Source: a virus. From it: a DNA stretch of 64,000 bases. Under the pieces are notes generated by a model. The model had not been told where the DNA came from. It did no database searches and saw only the letters and a list, made by a program, of their open reading frames with translations. Shown piece by piece: positions 29,748 to 38,828 of this stretch (positions are counted from its first letter, which is position 1; each line of letters starts with the position of its first letter). The stretch is taken from the IMG/VR virus record IMGVR_UViG_3300043811_000226; one strand, given 5' to 3'. The position numbers and the translations under genes were made by a program.

Positions 29748-30366
29748 CCTCTGAGGCTGAACTGAGCGCCTCTCGCTTCCGGTACTCGGCAGGTCGACCG
29801 ACGCTGCTCACGTTCTTCGGCGTGAGGTTTCGAATGTGGCTGCGTACTTTGTCCGGGTCGAGGTCTAGCGCTTCGCAGATGGAGACGAAGCTCGTGACGT
29901 CCTTGCCTTCACGCCGGCGCTCGTTCCACTCCGGCGTGCCAGGGTTCTCTAAGAAGAGCCACCGGTAGGCCTGCTCGGCCAGGATCTTCTGCACTAGCCG
30001 ACGACTGGATCGGTACAAGACCCAGTCAAAGGCCGTGCGCCGCACAATCTCGAGCAGGAGCATCTTGCAGCCGTTGATCTCCTGGGTGATGATCCCCTCA
30101 TCGCGCGGCTCTGGCTTGGGCGGCGCAACTACGGCGCGCTTCTGCGTGAGAGGAGGCGGTGGAGGGACTGTTGAAGGTCGCCGGAAGACAAGGAGCTTGC
30201 CGGGCTGCGGCTCCGGAAGCGCTGTCGGTGCCGGTCGTGGCACCAGGCTCTCGGCCCGCGCCAAGGCCTTACGGATGGCCGTGAAGGACGGCGGAGGCGG
30301 AGGGGCGAAGGGGACAGGCCGTGCAGCCTGTCGGAGGGCCAGGTGAAGGACGTTGGCCAGCATCAC
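29674..30366 (-). CDS. conserved hypothetical phage protein
   Basis: C-terminal AYRWLF...SFVSICEALDLDPDKVR; Pro-rich N-terminus. Confidence 0.6.
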   Translation of the reverse strand: MMLANVLHLALRQAARPVPFAPPPPPSFTAIRKALARAESLVPRPAPTALPEPQPGKLLVFRRPSTVPPPPPLTQKRAVVAPPKPEPRDEGIITQEINGCKMLLLEIVRRTAFDWVLYRSSRRLVQKILAEQAYRWLFLENPGTPEWNERRREGKDVTSFVSICEALDLDPDKVRSHIRNLTPKNVSSVGRPAEYRKREALSSASEDVYAIADNLVEYGEDNPSDQDPFY

Positions 30367-31031
30367 GCGCTCGCCAGGAGGGGTTGGCCTACCACCACTC
30401 GGATGGGCAGCTCCACCGCCTGCTCCACAGAAAGGCCGTAAGTATCGACACGTCGCTGTACGCGACAGCGAGCCCTATCCACAGGCTCATCAGGAAAATA
30501 CTTCCGCGCGAGTTGCATCAAAGTCAGCCGTTCACCGTTGTATTCGAACACACGGTTGCTTCGACGGTTGTTCGCTTGCTCTACACGCGGCGCCCATACG
30601 CAGTTGTCTTTGCAGTACGGGCCGTCGTTGTCCTTGCGCTCTAGCGAGAGGTCGGACGAAGGCCGCAGCCCCATATCCTCACGGAAGTTCTCGAAGAAGA
30701 ACCAGCGAGGGTCGACAATAATGCCGCGCCCTCCGTAGTCTTTGTAGGAAGCAGAGGACACGTTACGGCAGCGGTCCAACATACCTGCCCAGATGTGATA
30801 CTCGGCCGTCTTGGTTGCGCCGTGCGTCATCGTGCGCGCGCCAATGGTCGCCCGACTGTCCTGGCAACCACAGGACTTCCGCTGCGCCTTCAGCAAATAG
30901 CGCGCACAGATCTCGACGTGCGTGCCGCATCCACACTCACAGAACCAGAACCACTGCCCTTCACGCCGTTCTGTGCGCCACAGCACAAGAAGATGCCCGA
31001 CAATCCTACCGCGAAGGTCGATGGCCCTCAT
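30363..31031 (-). CDS. HNH-type homing endonuclease
   Basis: C.CGCG...SCGC, HG...EY.IW.GM..RC, YGGRGI, SLERKDNDGPYCKDNCVWA..EQANN. Confidence 0.88.
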   Translation of the reverse strand: MRAIDLRGRIVGHLLVLWRTERREGQWFWFCECGCGTHVEICARYLLKAQRKSCGCQDSRATIGARTMTHGATKTAEYHIWAGMLDRCRNVSSASYKDYGGRGIIVDPRWFFFENFREDMGLRPSSDLSLERKDNDGPYCKDNCVWAPRVEQANNRRSNRVFEYNGERLTLMQLARKYFPDEPVDRARCRVQRRVDTYGLSVEQAVELPIRVVVGQPLLASA

Positions 31032-31936
31032 GTGACAGTGACCTGGATGGTGCCATTGGGGTTACCGGCGATGGTGATCCCGGGATCAGGCACATGAACG
31101 ATGCTGCAGTCGGCCCTCTTGATGTTGAGCTGCGCCGTACCAGGGGCGATGCCGATGAGCACCAGCCCTCCAGGAGAGAATGTGTATCCGAGCACACTGT
31201 TGTCGCTCGTCGAGACCATGATGTCGCCGACGCCGATGCCCAAGTTCTCTCCGTCGCTGCCGTACACGGTCATCTGCACAGCGAGCTCGGTGCCATGGGG
31301 TACAGTGAAGGGGCCCGGAGGCACAAGTACGATCTGCGAGACGATGGGGAAGATGAGGTCGGGCAAGTTGACGTTCACCGCGTCGGGCACCGAGATGTGC
31401 CGCGTGATGTCTTCTTCCCCCTGGATGGTGCAGTCGTACTGCCCGTTGCGAATGAGGTTCACCTGCACGTAGCCGTTATCGTCGGTGCGTACGATGACAC
31501 GCTCTTTCAAGACGCCGGCGCCCTCGAGCCAGACGGGGTCGAACTTCGCGATGATGTGAATCTCGACGTTCGCCTGGGGGGCTCCCGTGACATCCCGGAA
31601 GAAGCCGAAGGCCGTGCACAGGCGCGCATCCGTCGGCACGGGCGGTGTGAGTAGCGTGGCCACAATGTTGAAGGAGTTGGTCTGCCCAGGCGCCAGGGGG
31701 GAAGGCAGTACGGTGAAAAGCTGCGGGTTGGTGAACCCGACGCCGAACTTGTACGTGCGCACTTGCATCGGGATGCCGGAGGGCAGAAGAAACCCCGCAT
31801 GCCCAGAAGAATCGGTCGTCGCCTGAGAGTAAGTGAGCTTGCCGTCTTGCGAGAGCACCTTTACGACGACGCCCGCCACGGGGAGCGCGGAGGGCGAGGT
31901 GTCGTTGACGAAGAAGTCGACCGTCTCAAAACTCAC
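31028..31936 (-). CDS. probable virion protein with carboxypeptidase-regulatory/Ig-like domains
   Basis: VAGVVVKV...ATTDSSG.A.F.L; TDDNGYVQVNL. Confidence 0.55.
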   Translation of the reverse strand: MSFETVDFFVNDTSPSALPVAGVVVKVLSQDGKLTYSQATTDSSGHAGFLLPSGIPMQVRTYKFGVGFTNPQLFTVLPSPLAPGQTNSFNIVATLLTPPVPTDARLCTAFGFFRDVTGAPQANVEIHIIAKFDPVWLEGAGVLKERVIVRTDDNGYVQVNLIRNGQYDCTIQGEEDITRHISVPDAVNVNLPDLIFPIVSQIVLVPPGPFTVPHGTELAVQMTVYGSDGENLGIGVGDIMVSTSDNSVLGYTFSPGGLVLIGIAPGTAQLNIKRADCSIVHVPDPGITIAGNPNGTIQVTVT

Positions 31937-32138
31937 GGAGGCGGCTCCTTCTGTGCACCGAGTCGCGCCAGGCGCCCCACGACCATGTCGTAGCAGGAAC
32001 GCCCGGGGAAGGCAGGACGCACGTCCAAGTACACCGCCAAGGCCTTCAGCACGGCGACACTGTCCTCCAAACGCCCACTGTCTTCAAGGTCCTTCGCTAC
32101 GTCGAGGCATCGACCAAACACCGTCTGGTCGGCTGTGC

Positions 32139-33164
32139 TCACAGTGTGCGCCTTACGGCGAAGGGAATGTTCGGGATCGCGACGTCGAAAAGATCGTCGG
32201 TCCCGCTCGACGAAGCCAGGAGATTCAGCGACTCGATGGTGGGGTCGGCAGGCACGGTGACGTCACGAGCGAGGGCAGTCCCGGGGATGGAGACGGTGAT
32301 GTCCGCGCCGCGTGCGAGCAGCGCCTCGGCATGCCCGTTCGAATCGGTCAGGAGCTTCAGCGAGCCGCCCGTGACGGCCTTGCTCTCGGCCTGCACTCCA
32401 TTGAACCGGTTGTAAATGAGCACTTCCTGGTTCGGCAGTACGCTGCCGGTCATGTCGACCAAGTCCACGTAGCACCTGCACAAACTGGCCGTGGACAGTC
32501 CTGCGGTGATCGTACCCTGGAAGGGGCGGGAGAACTGGCTGACGGTCTGGCTCGCGCTGCTAAAAAAGCGGGCCTGGTAGAAGAAAGACGGGGCTCCGTT
32601 GGGGTCAACGAAGCCGTACTCCTCCTGCCCCCGAACCAGCACGATGCGCGCGTCGCGCCCGAAGGCGAGCGACCCGGCACCCGAAGTGGGTAGGCCGAGG
32701 AGGGGGGCAGCATCGCCGCCGACGCAGGCGAGCGACGTCTTGACCCCCACCTCCACGGTGCGCACGACGAGCAAGGGACCGAGCACGTAGGCCACGAGCA
32801 ACCCCTGGCTCTGCGCCTGGATCTGCGTCGCGGCCTGCGCAAAGGTGAAAGGGTCGGTGCCAGAAAAGGTGATGTTGACCGGCACTTTGCCATCGAGCAG
32901 GAACTGCAGGAGCAGGCCGTTGAGCGGAATGCTCGGCCCCGTCTGGGGGCTCGCCGGCGGGGGGCCGGCACCAATGGGCAGGACGGCCGGCATGGCCCCC
33001 GTGTCGTGCAGCTGCTCGTAAGGTCCCTGGTCTGTCCCCCGCGACCGCCACACCTCGAGCCGATCGAAGTTCCCTTCCCAGGAACCCTCTGGCACGAAGA
33101 AGTCGAGCTGGAACCGCTCGTTCGTGAGCTCGGTGACGGTAACGCTGAGGATGACGAGAGACAT
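32139..33164 (-). CDS. probable virion structural protein
   Basis: Beta-rich; LTDSNGHAEALL segment similar to the neighbouring gene. Confidence 0.55.
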   Translation of the reverse strand: MSLVILSVTVTELTNERFQLDFFVPEGSWEGNFDRLEVWRSRGTDQGPYEQLHDTGAMPAVLPIGAGPPPASPQTGPSIPLNGLLLQFLLDGKVPVNITFSGTDPFTFAQAATQIQAQSQGLLVAYVLGPLLVVRTVEVGVKTSLACVGGDAAPLLGLPTSGAGSLAFGRDARIVLVRGQEEYGFVDPNGAPSFFYQARFFSSASQTVSQFSRPFQGTITAGLSTASLCRCYVDLVDMTGSVLPNQEVLIYNRFNGVQAESKAVTGGSLKLLTDSNGHAEALLARGADITVSIPGTALARDVTVPADPTIESLNLLASSSGTDDLFDVAIPNIPFAVRRTL

Positions 33165-33170
33165 GACCGC

Positions 33171-33987
33171 TCAGGCCTTGGTGCTGAGAATGTTGCCGTT
33201 GCGGTCGATGGACTTCGGGCCGAGGTCGACGCCGTACTTCTTGCTCAACTCCGCCCGCTTGGTCTCCATCATGACCTGCAGATCCTTCATGGCCATGGCC
33301 GTCTCGTTCTTCTGGTACTCGATGATCTGCAGGCGCTGCTGCAGGTTCTGCATCTGCAGATAGATGTTCTCGATGGCCAGGCGGTCGGCCTCGTCGATCT
33401 TCTTGCTCGGAGCCGTAGCAGACGGAGTTTCTGCGCCGACTGCGGGTATGGGGGGAGGCGTCAAGGCCTTCTTCGCCAGTTCCACAAGGTCGGGCGCACC
33501 ATTGACCTTGGGGGGCAGCGGTACTTCGGGCGGCTGCACGTCGTTGTTCTCCATGTTCTTCTCCTACTTCGCCACGAGGAAGTCGTTGATGCTGGACACG
33601 ACAAGGTCGGACGTCGCGCTCACGCTCGTCTGCGCGAGACGCTCCGACCCCGTTCTTCCAACCAAGATCGCCTTCAACACCGCGACCTGGTTCTGGAGCG
33701 TGTTCGTGCGGGACGTGGCCCACTGCGTCGCGGCCTGCACCAAAGCGTCGAGGCGCGCGTTGCGGTCGGCGACAGAAGCCATTGCCCCTAGTCTACCTCA
33801 AGGAAGTCTTCGGCTGAAAGACGCGTGGAACGAAGCCTCCTTTCTTTACCCACTCGTCGAGGGAAAGAACCAGCTGCGCCAGACGCTCTCCGTCATCTAG
33901 CCGGCTCGTCACATCATCGCTCTTTTCGTTCTGCAACCTGTCAGAGAGAGCGAGGGCTTCTGCCCAGCATGCGTCCGGATCCATCAC
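33171..33987 (-). other. three small CDSs (33171-33554, 33564-33782, 33793-33987)
   Basis: AGGAG/GAGG RBSs. Confidence 0.6.
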
Positions 33988-35141
33988 GCCTCCATAGCTG
34001 CAGCAAGCAGCTTGCCGGCTTCGCGCTGCAAGTCGAGTCGCCGGTCAGGGTCTTCGGTGCGTGCCGCGATGGCGCTCAAGCCGCCAGCGGCCCAGTAGAG
34101 GTTCGGTACCCGAGCGCCGTCGGGGTCGAACGAGATGGGCGGCAGGTCGATGATGGTCTCGGCCTTCTGGTCGAGGACGTTCTTCAACCACTCGAGGTCC
34201 CCCTTGCCCAGGACGTCGCGCAGGCGGTGGCTCAACTGGTGCCAGGGGATCTTCTCGTTGTGCGCTGCGCGGATGGCCTCGAGCAGGCGCTCGACGGTCT
34301 TCTCCGACAAGTAGGCCGTCACGTGGTCGCGCACTGCACCTTGCTGCGCCTCGAGCTCCTTCTTCGCGGTCTCATCGGACATCTCGATATCAGAGTCTTC
34401 GATGATGCTGCCGATGTGCGCGCGACGCAGGCCCTCGTCGATGACCGAGGCCGTGCCGGCGCCCACACGCCAGAGCGTCTGCAGGACCTTGAGCTTGCCA
34501 GAACCGAAGTCGCTGTTGCTCCATTCGACGCCAAGGCAGATGTACTCCCCAGGGAACGCCTCGAAGACCTTGGGCATGAGACATTTGAGCGCACTGCGCA
34601 CCGGCGAGTTGGCCGCCTCGATGGGGCGCGCCCCCTCCACCCTGCACTGCTCGATGAAGGTGCGAAGGAGCGGCGCACTCGCCAGGTGCCGGTTGAACCG
34701 ACGGGACAAGAAGCCTCGGAGCTCCTGTCCTACAAGTCGGTGCAAGAACCGCTGCGGCTGCCCGCCACGGTCGAGCCAGTCGGGCGTCTGAAAGAGCGCG
34801 TTCAGGTTGTCGCAGAGCAGGTCGTTCTTCCACGAAGGTCCGGACTGCAACATGTTCACGAAGTTCATGTTCATCTGGACCTTCGCGCACAGTTGGTTCA
34901 GCGCGTGGCGGTTGATGGAGAACTTGCCGTCGGTCTCCTTGTAGTGAATGAAGACCTCCTTCGACTTGTCCCCGCTACCTGTCAGAAACGTCATCGCGCG
35001 CGGAGGCACCAGGCGGTCAACGATGACGGTCGCTGTGACGATGTCTAGGAGGAACTGTTCTTGTTCTGCCCCGAGCTTGAAGCGCGCCTCCATTCGCTGG
35101 CGGGCCGCATCGAAGGCGTCGAAAAGGTTGGTCTGGTTCAT
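33984..35141 (-). CDS. DUF932-like protein
   Basis: LRGFLSRRF, G..WSNSDFGSGKL.V...LWRV; start at MNQTNLF with AAGGA RBS. Confidence 0.6.
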   Translation of the reverse strand: MNQTNLFDAFDAARQRMEARFKLGAEQEQFLLDIVTATVIVDRLVPPRAMTFLTGSGDKSKEVFIHYKETDGKFSINRHALNQLCAKVQMNMNFVNMLQSGPSWKNDLLCDNLNALFQTPDWLDRGGQPQRFLHRLVGQELRGFLSRRFNRHLASAPLLRTFIEQCRVEGARPIEAANSPVRSALKCLMPKVFEAFPGEYICLGVEWSNSDFGSGKLKVLQTLWRVGAGTASVIDEGLRRAHIGSIIEDSDIEMSDETAKKELEAQQGAVRDHVTAYLSEKTVERLLEAIRAAHNEKIPWHQLSHRLRDVLGKGDLEWLKNVLDQKAETIIDLPPISFDPDGARVPNLYWAAGGLSAIAARTEDPDRRLDLQREAGKLLAAAMEA

Positions 35142-35231
35142 GGCTTCCTTGACTTGCGCAGAGGACTCTTTTAGAGAAACAAGTACCCGTCGGGACGAGT
35201 GCGCGCTTCGTGCTGCGTCTGTCTCCCGAAC

Positions 35232-35260
35232 TCCTATACCCGCGTGTGAAGGAGAATTGG
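35232..35260 (-). promoter_or_regulatory. phage bipartite promoter-like motif (variant)
   Basis: CCAATTC-N-CGGGTATAGGA; overlaps the RBS of the divergent gene. Confidence 0.5.
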
Positions 35261-35265
35261 TCGCC

Positions 35266-35487
35266 ATGAGCTTCAGGGTCTATGTGTCCGGCGTTGCCGT
35301 CGAGTGCGACACACCAAAAGAAGCCATCGCTCTGGCCAATGAACTGAAGCCGGGCCCTTCCCCTAGGTACGAGCCCAGGCTTGTACCTCCCATCAGGGAG
35401 GTCCCCACGGCGCGGGAGCCAAAAGAAGCTGGGTCTGAAGTACCAGAGACGACGCCGGTAGCGGACGACGTAACGCGCTACGTCTGA
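35266..35487 (+). CDS. small hypothetical protein
   Basis: AAGGAG RBS; MSFRVYVSGVAVECDTPKEAIAL. Confidence 0.6.
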   Translation: MSFRVYVSGVAVECDTPKEAIALANELKPGPSPRYEPRLVPPIREVPTAREPKEAGSEVPETTPVADDVTRYV

Positions 35488-35500
35488 GAAAGGTCGAGCG

Positions 35501-36811
35501 ATGACACAGAAGGAGATGCAGGTTGTGTTTTGTACGACCTGCAAAGGTAGAACACAGCACATCGAAGAGACGTTGCCCGCGAACCTGCGAGACAACAAGC
35601 ACGCGCGCCTCGTGCTCGTGAACTACAACAGCCCCGACCACCTCGACGACTTCATCCGCAAGAACCACATGCCCGACGTCGAGAGCGGGAGGCTGTCGGT
35701 CTACCGGTTCACCGAGCCTGGACCGTTTCGGATGGCGCACGCAAAGAACTTGTCCCACCGGCTCGCGATCATGGAGGGGGCGAACGCGCTCGTGAACGTG
35801 GACGCGGACAACTTCGCTGGACTCGACTTCGACCAGTACGTGACCCGCCGGTTGGAGGCGTACGAAGGAGAAGCCTTTCTCTGGGCCAACATGCGCAAAG
35901 GGGAGATGAAACGAGGCATCTCTGGACGGATCGCCGTCACGACCCATGCCTTCCTCGAGGCGGGTGGCTACGACGAGGTGTTCTCTTCGTGGGGCCCGGA
36001 CGACAAAGACTTCAACCTCCGGCTGCGTCGCCTCGGGTTTCGCCCGCTGGAGATCGACGAGAAGTACCTCGACGCGATCAACCACAATGACAAGACCAGG
36101 TTCCGTGAGTACCCCGAGGTCAAGTACGCATCGGAAGACTTCATGCTCCCAGGGCGTGGGCACATGCGTGTCGCCAACGCAGGAGACTTTGGGTGCGGCG
36201 TCGTCTACAAAAACTTCGGTCGCGAGCCGATTGAACTCCTGTCGCTGCCCACCCGCATCTTCGGGATCGGCATGCACAAGACAGCCACGACCAGCCTGGG
36301 TCATGCGCTCGAGGAGCTCGGCTACGACGTCGGCCACTGGAAGACTGCGCACTGGGCGAAGGCCATCTGGGAGGAGATGAAGGCGCACGGTAGCTCGCGC
36401 ACGCTCGAGCGCAGCTACGCGCTCTGCGACCTGCCGATTCCGATGCTCTTCCGCCAGCTCGATGACGCATACCCAGGCTCCAAGTTCATCCTGACGACAC
36501 GGGATGAGGATGGGTGGATCGAGAGCGTTCGCACGCACTGGAGCGACAAGAACCCGTGGCGCGCGCAGTGGGACACCGACCCCTTCACGCACAAGATCCA
36601 CCGCGAGCTCTACGGCGGGGTGAAGTTCAACGAGCCGGTCATGCGCGAGCGGTTCCGCAAACACAACGCCGAGGTCCTCGAGTACTTCAAGGACCGTCCG
36701 AGGGACCTGCTGGTGATGAACATGAGCAAGGGGGCGGGCTGGTACGAACTGTGCGGCTTCCTCCGAAAGCCCCTGCCGACGGTGCCCTACCCACACGCGA
36801 ACAGGGACTAA
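35501..36811 (+). CDS. glycosyltransferase (GT-A, GT2/GT7C-like) fused to a sulfotransferase-family domain
   Basis: NVDAD (DxD), GGYDEVFSSWGPDDKDF; IFGIGMHKTATTSL, YPGSKFILTTRD..W..S, W..LCGFL. Confidence 0.85.
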   Translation: MTQKEMQVVFCTTCKGRTQHIEETLPANLRDNKHARLVLVNYNSPDHLDDFIRKNHMPDVESGRLSVYRFTEPGPFRMAHAKNLSHRLAIMEGANALVNVDADNFAGLDFDQYVTRRLEAYEGEAFLWANMRKGEMKRGISGRIAVTTHAFLEAGGYDEVFSSWGPDDKDFNLRLRRLGFRPLEIDEKYLDAINHNDKTRFREYPEVKYASEDFMLPGRGHMRVANAGDFGCGVVYKNFGREPIELLSLPTRIFGIGMHKTATTSLGHALEELGYDVGHWKTAHWAKAIWEEMKAHGSSRTLERSYALCDLPIPMLFRQLDDAYPGSKFILTTRDEDGWIESVRTHWSDKNPWRAQWDTDPFTHKIHRELYGGVKFNEPVMRERFRKHNAEVLEYFKDRPRDLLVMNMSKGAGWYELCGFLRKPLPTVPYPHANRD

Positions 36812-36881
36812 AAAGAAACGGGGATCGGCCTGCGCCGACCCCCGTGTCCCCGATAACGCGTCGCTCGTACTGCCAGAAGAG

Positions 36882-37238
36882 TGGACCCGCGGGGAATCGA
36901 ACCCCGGTCCGACAAACCGTCTGAACGTCTTCTTCACGTGCGTGGTCGGTCTAAGGCTCCCGACAGCCTCGCGGTGTTCGACACAGGCATTCCGCCGCCC
37001 GTCAACCTGTCGTGTCCCCAGCTCCCCGGTTGCGAGAGGGCTGCATGGCTCGTGTATTTACGCCTCCCGGAGTACTCGAACTCCTCCTCCGAGAGACGGA
37101 CTAGGCCGCCAGTTTGACGGCGTTGTCGTTGCTTGCGTTGTCGTTCGCAGGCAGGACGTGCTCACTTGATCAGAGCGGATTGAGCGCCGCTCGCACGCAG
37201 ACAGTTCTTCTTGTTCGCCGTCGAAACCGGTCGGGCCC
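36882..37238 (-). ncRNA. ssrA: tmRNA, tag ANDNASNDNAVKLAA*
   Basis: 5' GGGCCCGACCGGTTTCGAC; 3' GGGGTTCGATTCCCCGCGGGTCCA; G3:U wobble; tag ORF 37148-37101; 357 nt; CCA not encoded. Confidence 0.95.
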
Positions 37239-37346
37239 GTTGTTTCTGGGCGCCTACGGTTCTCACGTAGGCGGAGTGCGCTTGCCGCGCCTGGCACTCG
37301 TGCATGGCGTTCTCCCCACCAGCGGGAGGTTCTGAAAGTACTACCT

Positions 37347-38153
37347 CTACTCCTCGTCCTCTTCAAGCCCCATGTGCTTACGAAGCGTGTCGCCCATGGT
37401 CGTCTTCATGCGCGCGATCTGGGAAGGGCTCTTGCCCATCTTCTTCGCGAGGTCGTTGGTCTTGGTGATCTTGGTGTGCCCGTTGGTACCGAAGACATGG
37501 TTGAAAAGCAGGTGCATGTCGGGCTTGTTCGGGAATATCTCGGGCAGGATGTTCTGCGCGACAGCGATCTGCTGGTCTTCGAAGCCGCGGCCCGTGCCGT
37601 CGCCGGCGCCGTAATCCATCCCTTCCTCCCCGCCAGAGCGGCCCATCGGGATGTCCCGCCGGACCGCAGAGAGGATGGTGTCGATGCGCTTGGGCTTGAG
37701 GCCCGTGTGCTGCGCGAGCTCCTCGGTTGTGGGTGCACGTCCAAGGTCTTCGGTCAATGCGTCGCGCGCCTTCTGCAGCTTGCCGATCTGACCTGAGACG
37801 CCCTCAGGAATATAAAGTAGATTTTGAAAACGGTTGTTGTAGCGCATCGCCTTACGCATGTAGTTGTCAGCATGCGTATTGAGAGCTGCGCCTTTACTCG
37901 GGTCGTAGGTCTCAAAGGCCTTGATGAGGTGTGTCTGCAGCTCCGCCTTGAAAGAACTCTCCGGGACAGTCGGCGCCTTGTACTGCCTGACTTTCTGTGA
38001 GATCACGGGCTCATAAAGCTTGAGGAGTGGCTGCAAGTCTTTCGGTTTCCTACCGCCAGACTTCCACTTGTTCAGCAAGGTTATCTCGTCAGCCTTTCGT
38101 TTCGTTTGTGCCGCTTCCTTGGATTGCATGTAGTCATCAAGAGGCCCTGGCAT
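37347..38153 (-). CDS. sigma-70-family RNA polymerase sigma factor (FliA/WhiG-like)
   Basis: Region 2 AFETYDPSKGAALNTHA..YMR; region 3 LGRAPTTEELA..TG; region 4 HTH NDLAKKMGKSPSQIAR. Confidence 0.85.
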   Translation of the reverse strand: MPGPLDDYMQSKEAAQTKRKADEITLLNKWKSGGRKPKDLQPLLKLYEPVISQKVRQYKAPTVPESSFKAELQTHLIKAFETYDPSKGAALNTHADNYMRKAMRYNNRFQNLLYIPEGVSGQIGKLQKARDALTEDLGRAPTTEELAQHTGLKPKRIDTILSAVRRDIPMGRSGGEEGMDYGAGDGTGRGFEDQQIAVAQNILPEIFPNKPDMHLLFNHVFGTNGHTKITKTNDLAKKMGKSPSQIARMKTTMGDTLRKHMGLEEDEE

Positions 38154-38792
38154 CTTGTTCTCTCCTTCGACCATCTGCCATGGAGACAGCTTCTTCTGCG
38201 GACCATCCGTACTTCACGATGCGCGTCCATGTACGCAAGTAGGGCGCACCAGTAAGCTCAATCAGCTCGCCGATGGACATCTTGCGCCCGTTGTAGACGA
38301 CGAAGCGTGTACTGCGCCTGTTCCTAGACTGCTCCTTAGAAGTCGCCCACACGCAGTGTACCCAAGTTCGTTCTTCTTCCTCTCGATGGAGTAACCAGGA
38401 CCTGGCCGGCGGCCCATATCAGCTAGGAAGTTCTCGAATTTGTGCCAGCGGTGGCAGACAGTGATCCCGCGACCACCGTAGTCCTTGTAGGCCCTGACGT
38501 TCTTGTTGTAGCAACGACGCAGCATACCTGCCCAAATGCCGTACTCAAGACTCTGGTGACCCCTAGGAGCATCACCGTGTGTACGAGAGAGGTCTCCGAC
38601 AGTAAGCCGGCTACTCAAGCAACCGCACGATGTGGTGTGCCCAGACTTCAGATGTCCTGAAGGAACAATGCAGGTGTTGCCGCACAGGCACCAGCACTGC
38701 CACAAGGCACTGCCGCAAGAACTTGTGCCTGTACGTTCTTCCACCTTCAGCCTTCCGAAGGTCTGCAAGGTGAGATCTTCAAACGCTCCCAT
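38137..38792 (-). pseudogene. frameshifted HNH homing endonuclease
   Basis: Paralogue of 30363-31031 split into two frames at about 38355, where GY-xxxN-CVWA has lost its Asn segment. Confidence 0.8.
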
Positions 38793-38828
38793 GAAACCTC
38801 CGGCTTCTGTCAGCCGGTGGCTGACGGG

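Noticed and set aside
33825-35048. 407-aa plus-strand ORF and similar long antisense ORFs (e.g. 1888-2913, 7302-8351, 52893-53963)
   Set aside because: Stop-poor shadow frames expected in high-GC coding DNA; no recognisable motifs.
35393-36937. 514-aa minus-strand ORF
   Set aside because: Antisense shadow of the GT-sulfotransferase gene, starting inside the tmRNA.
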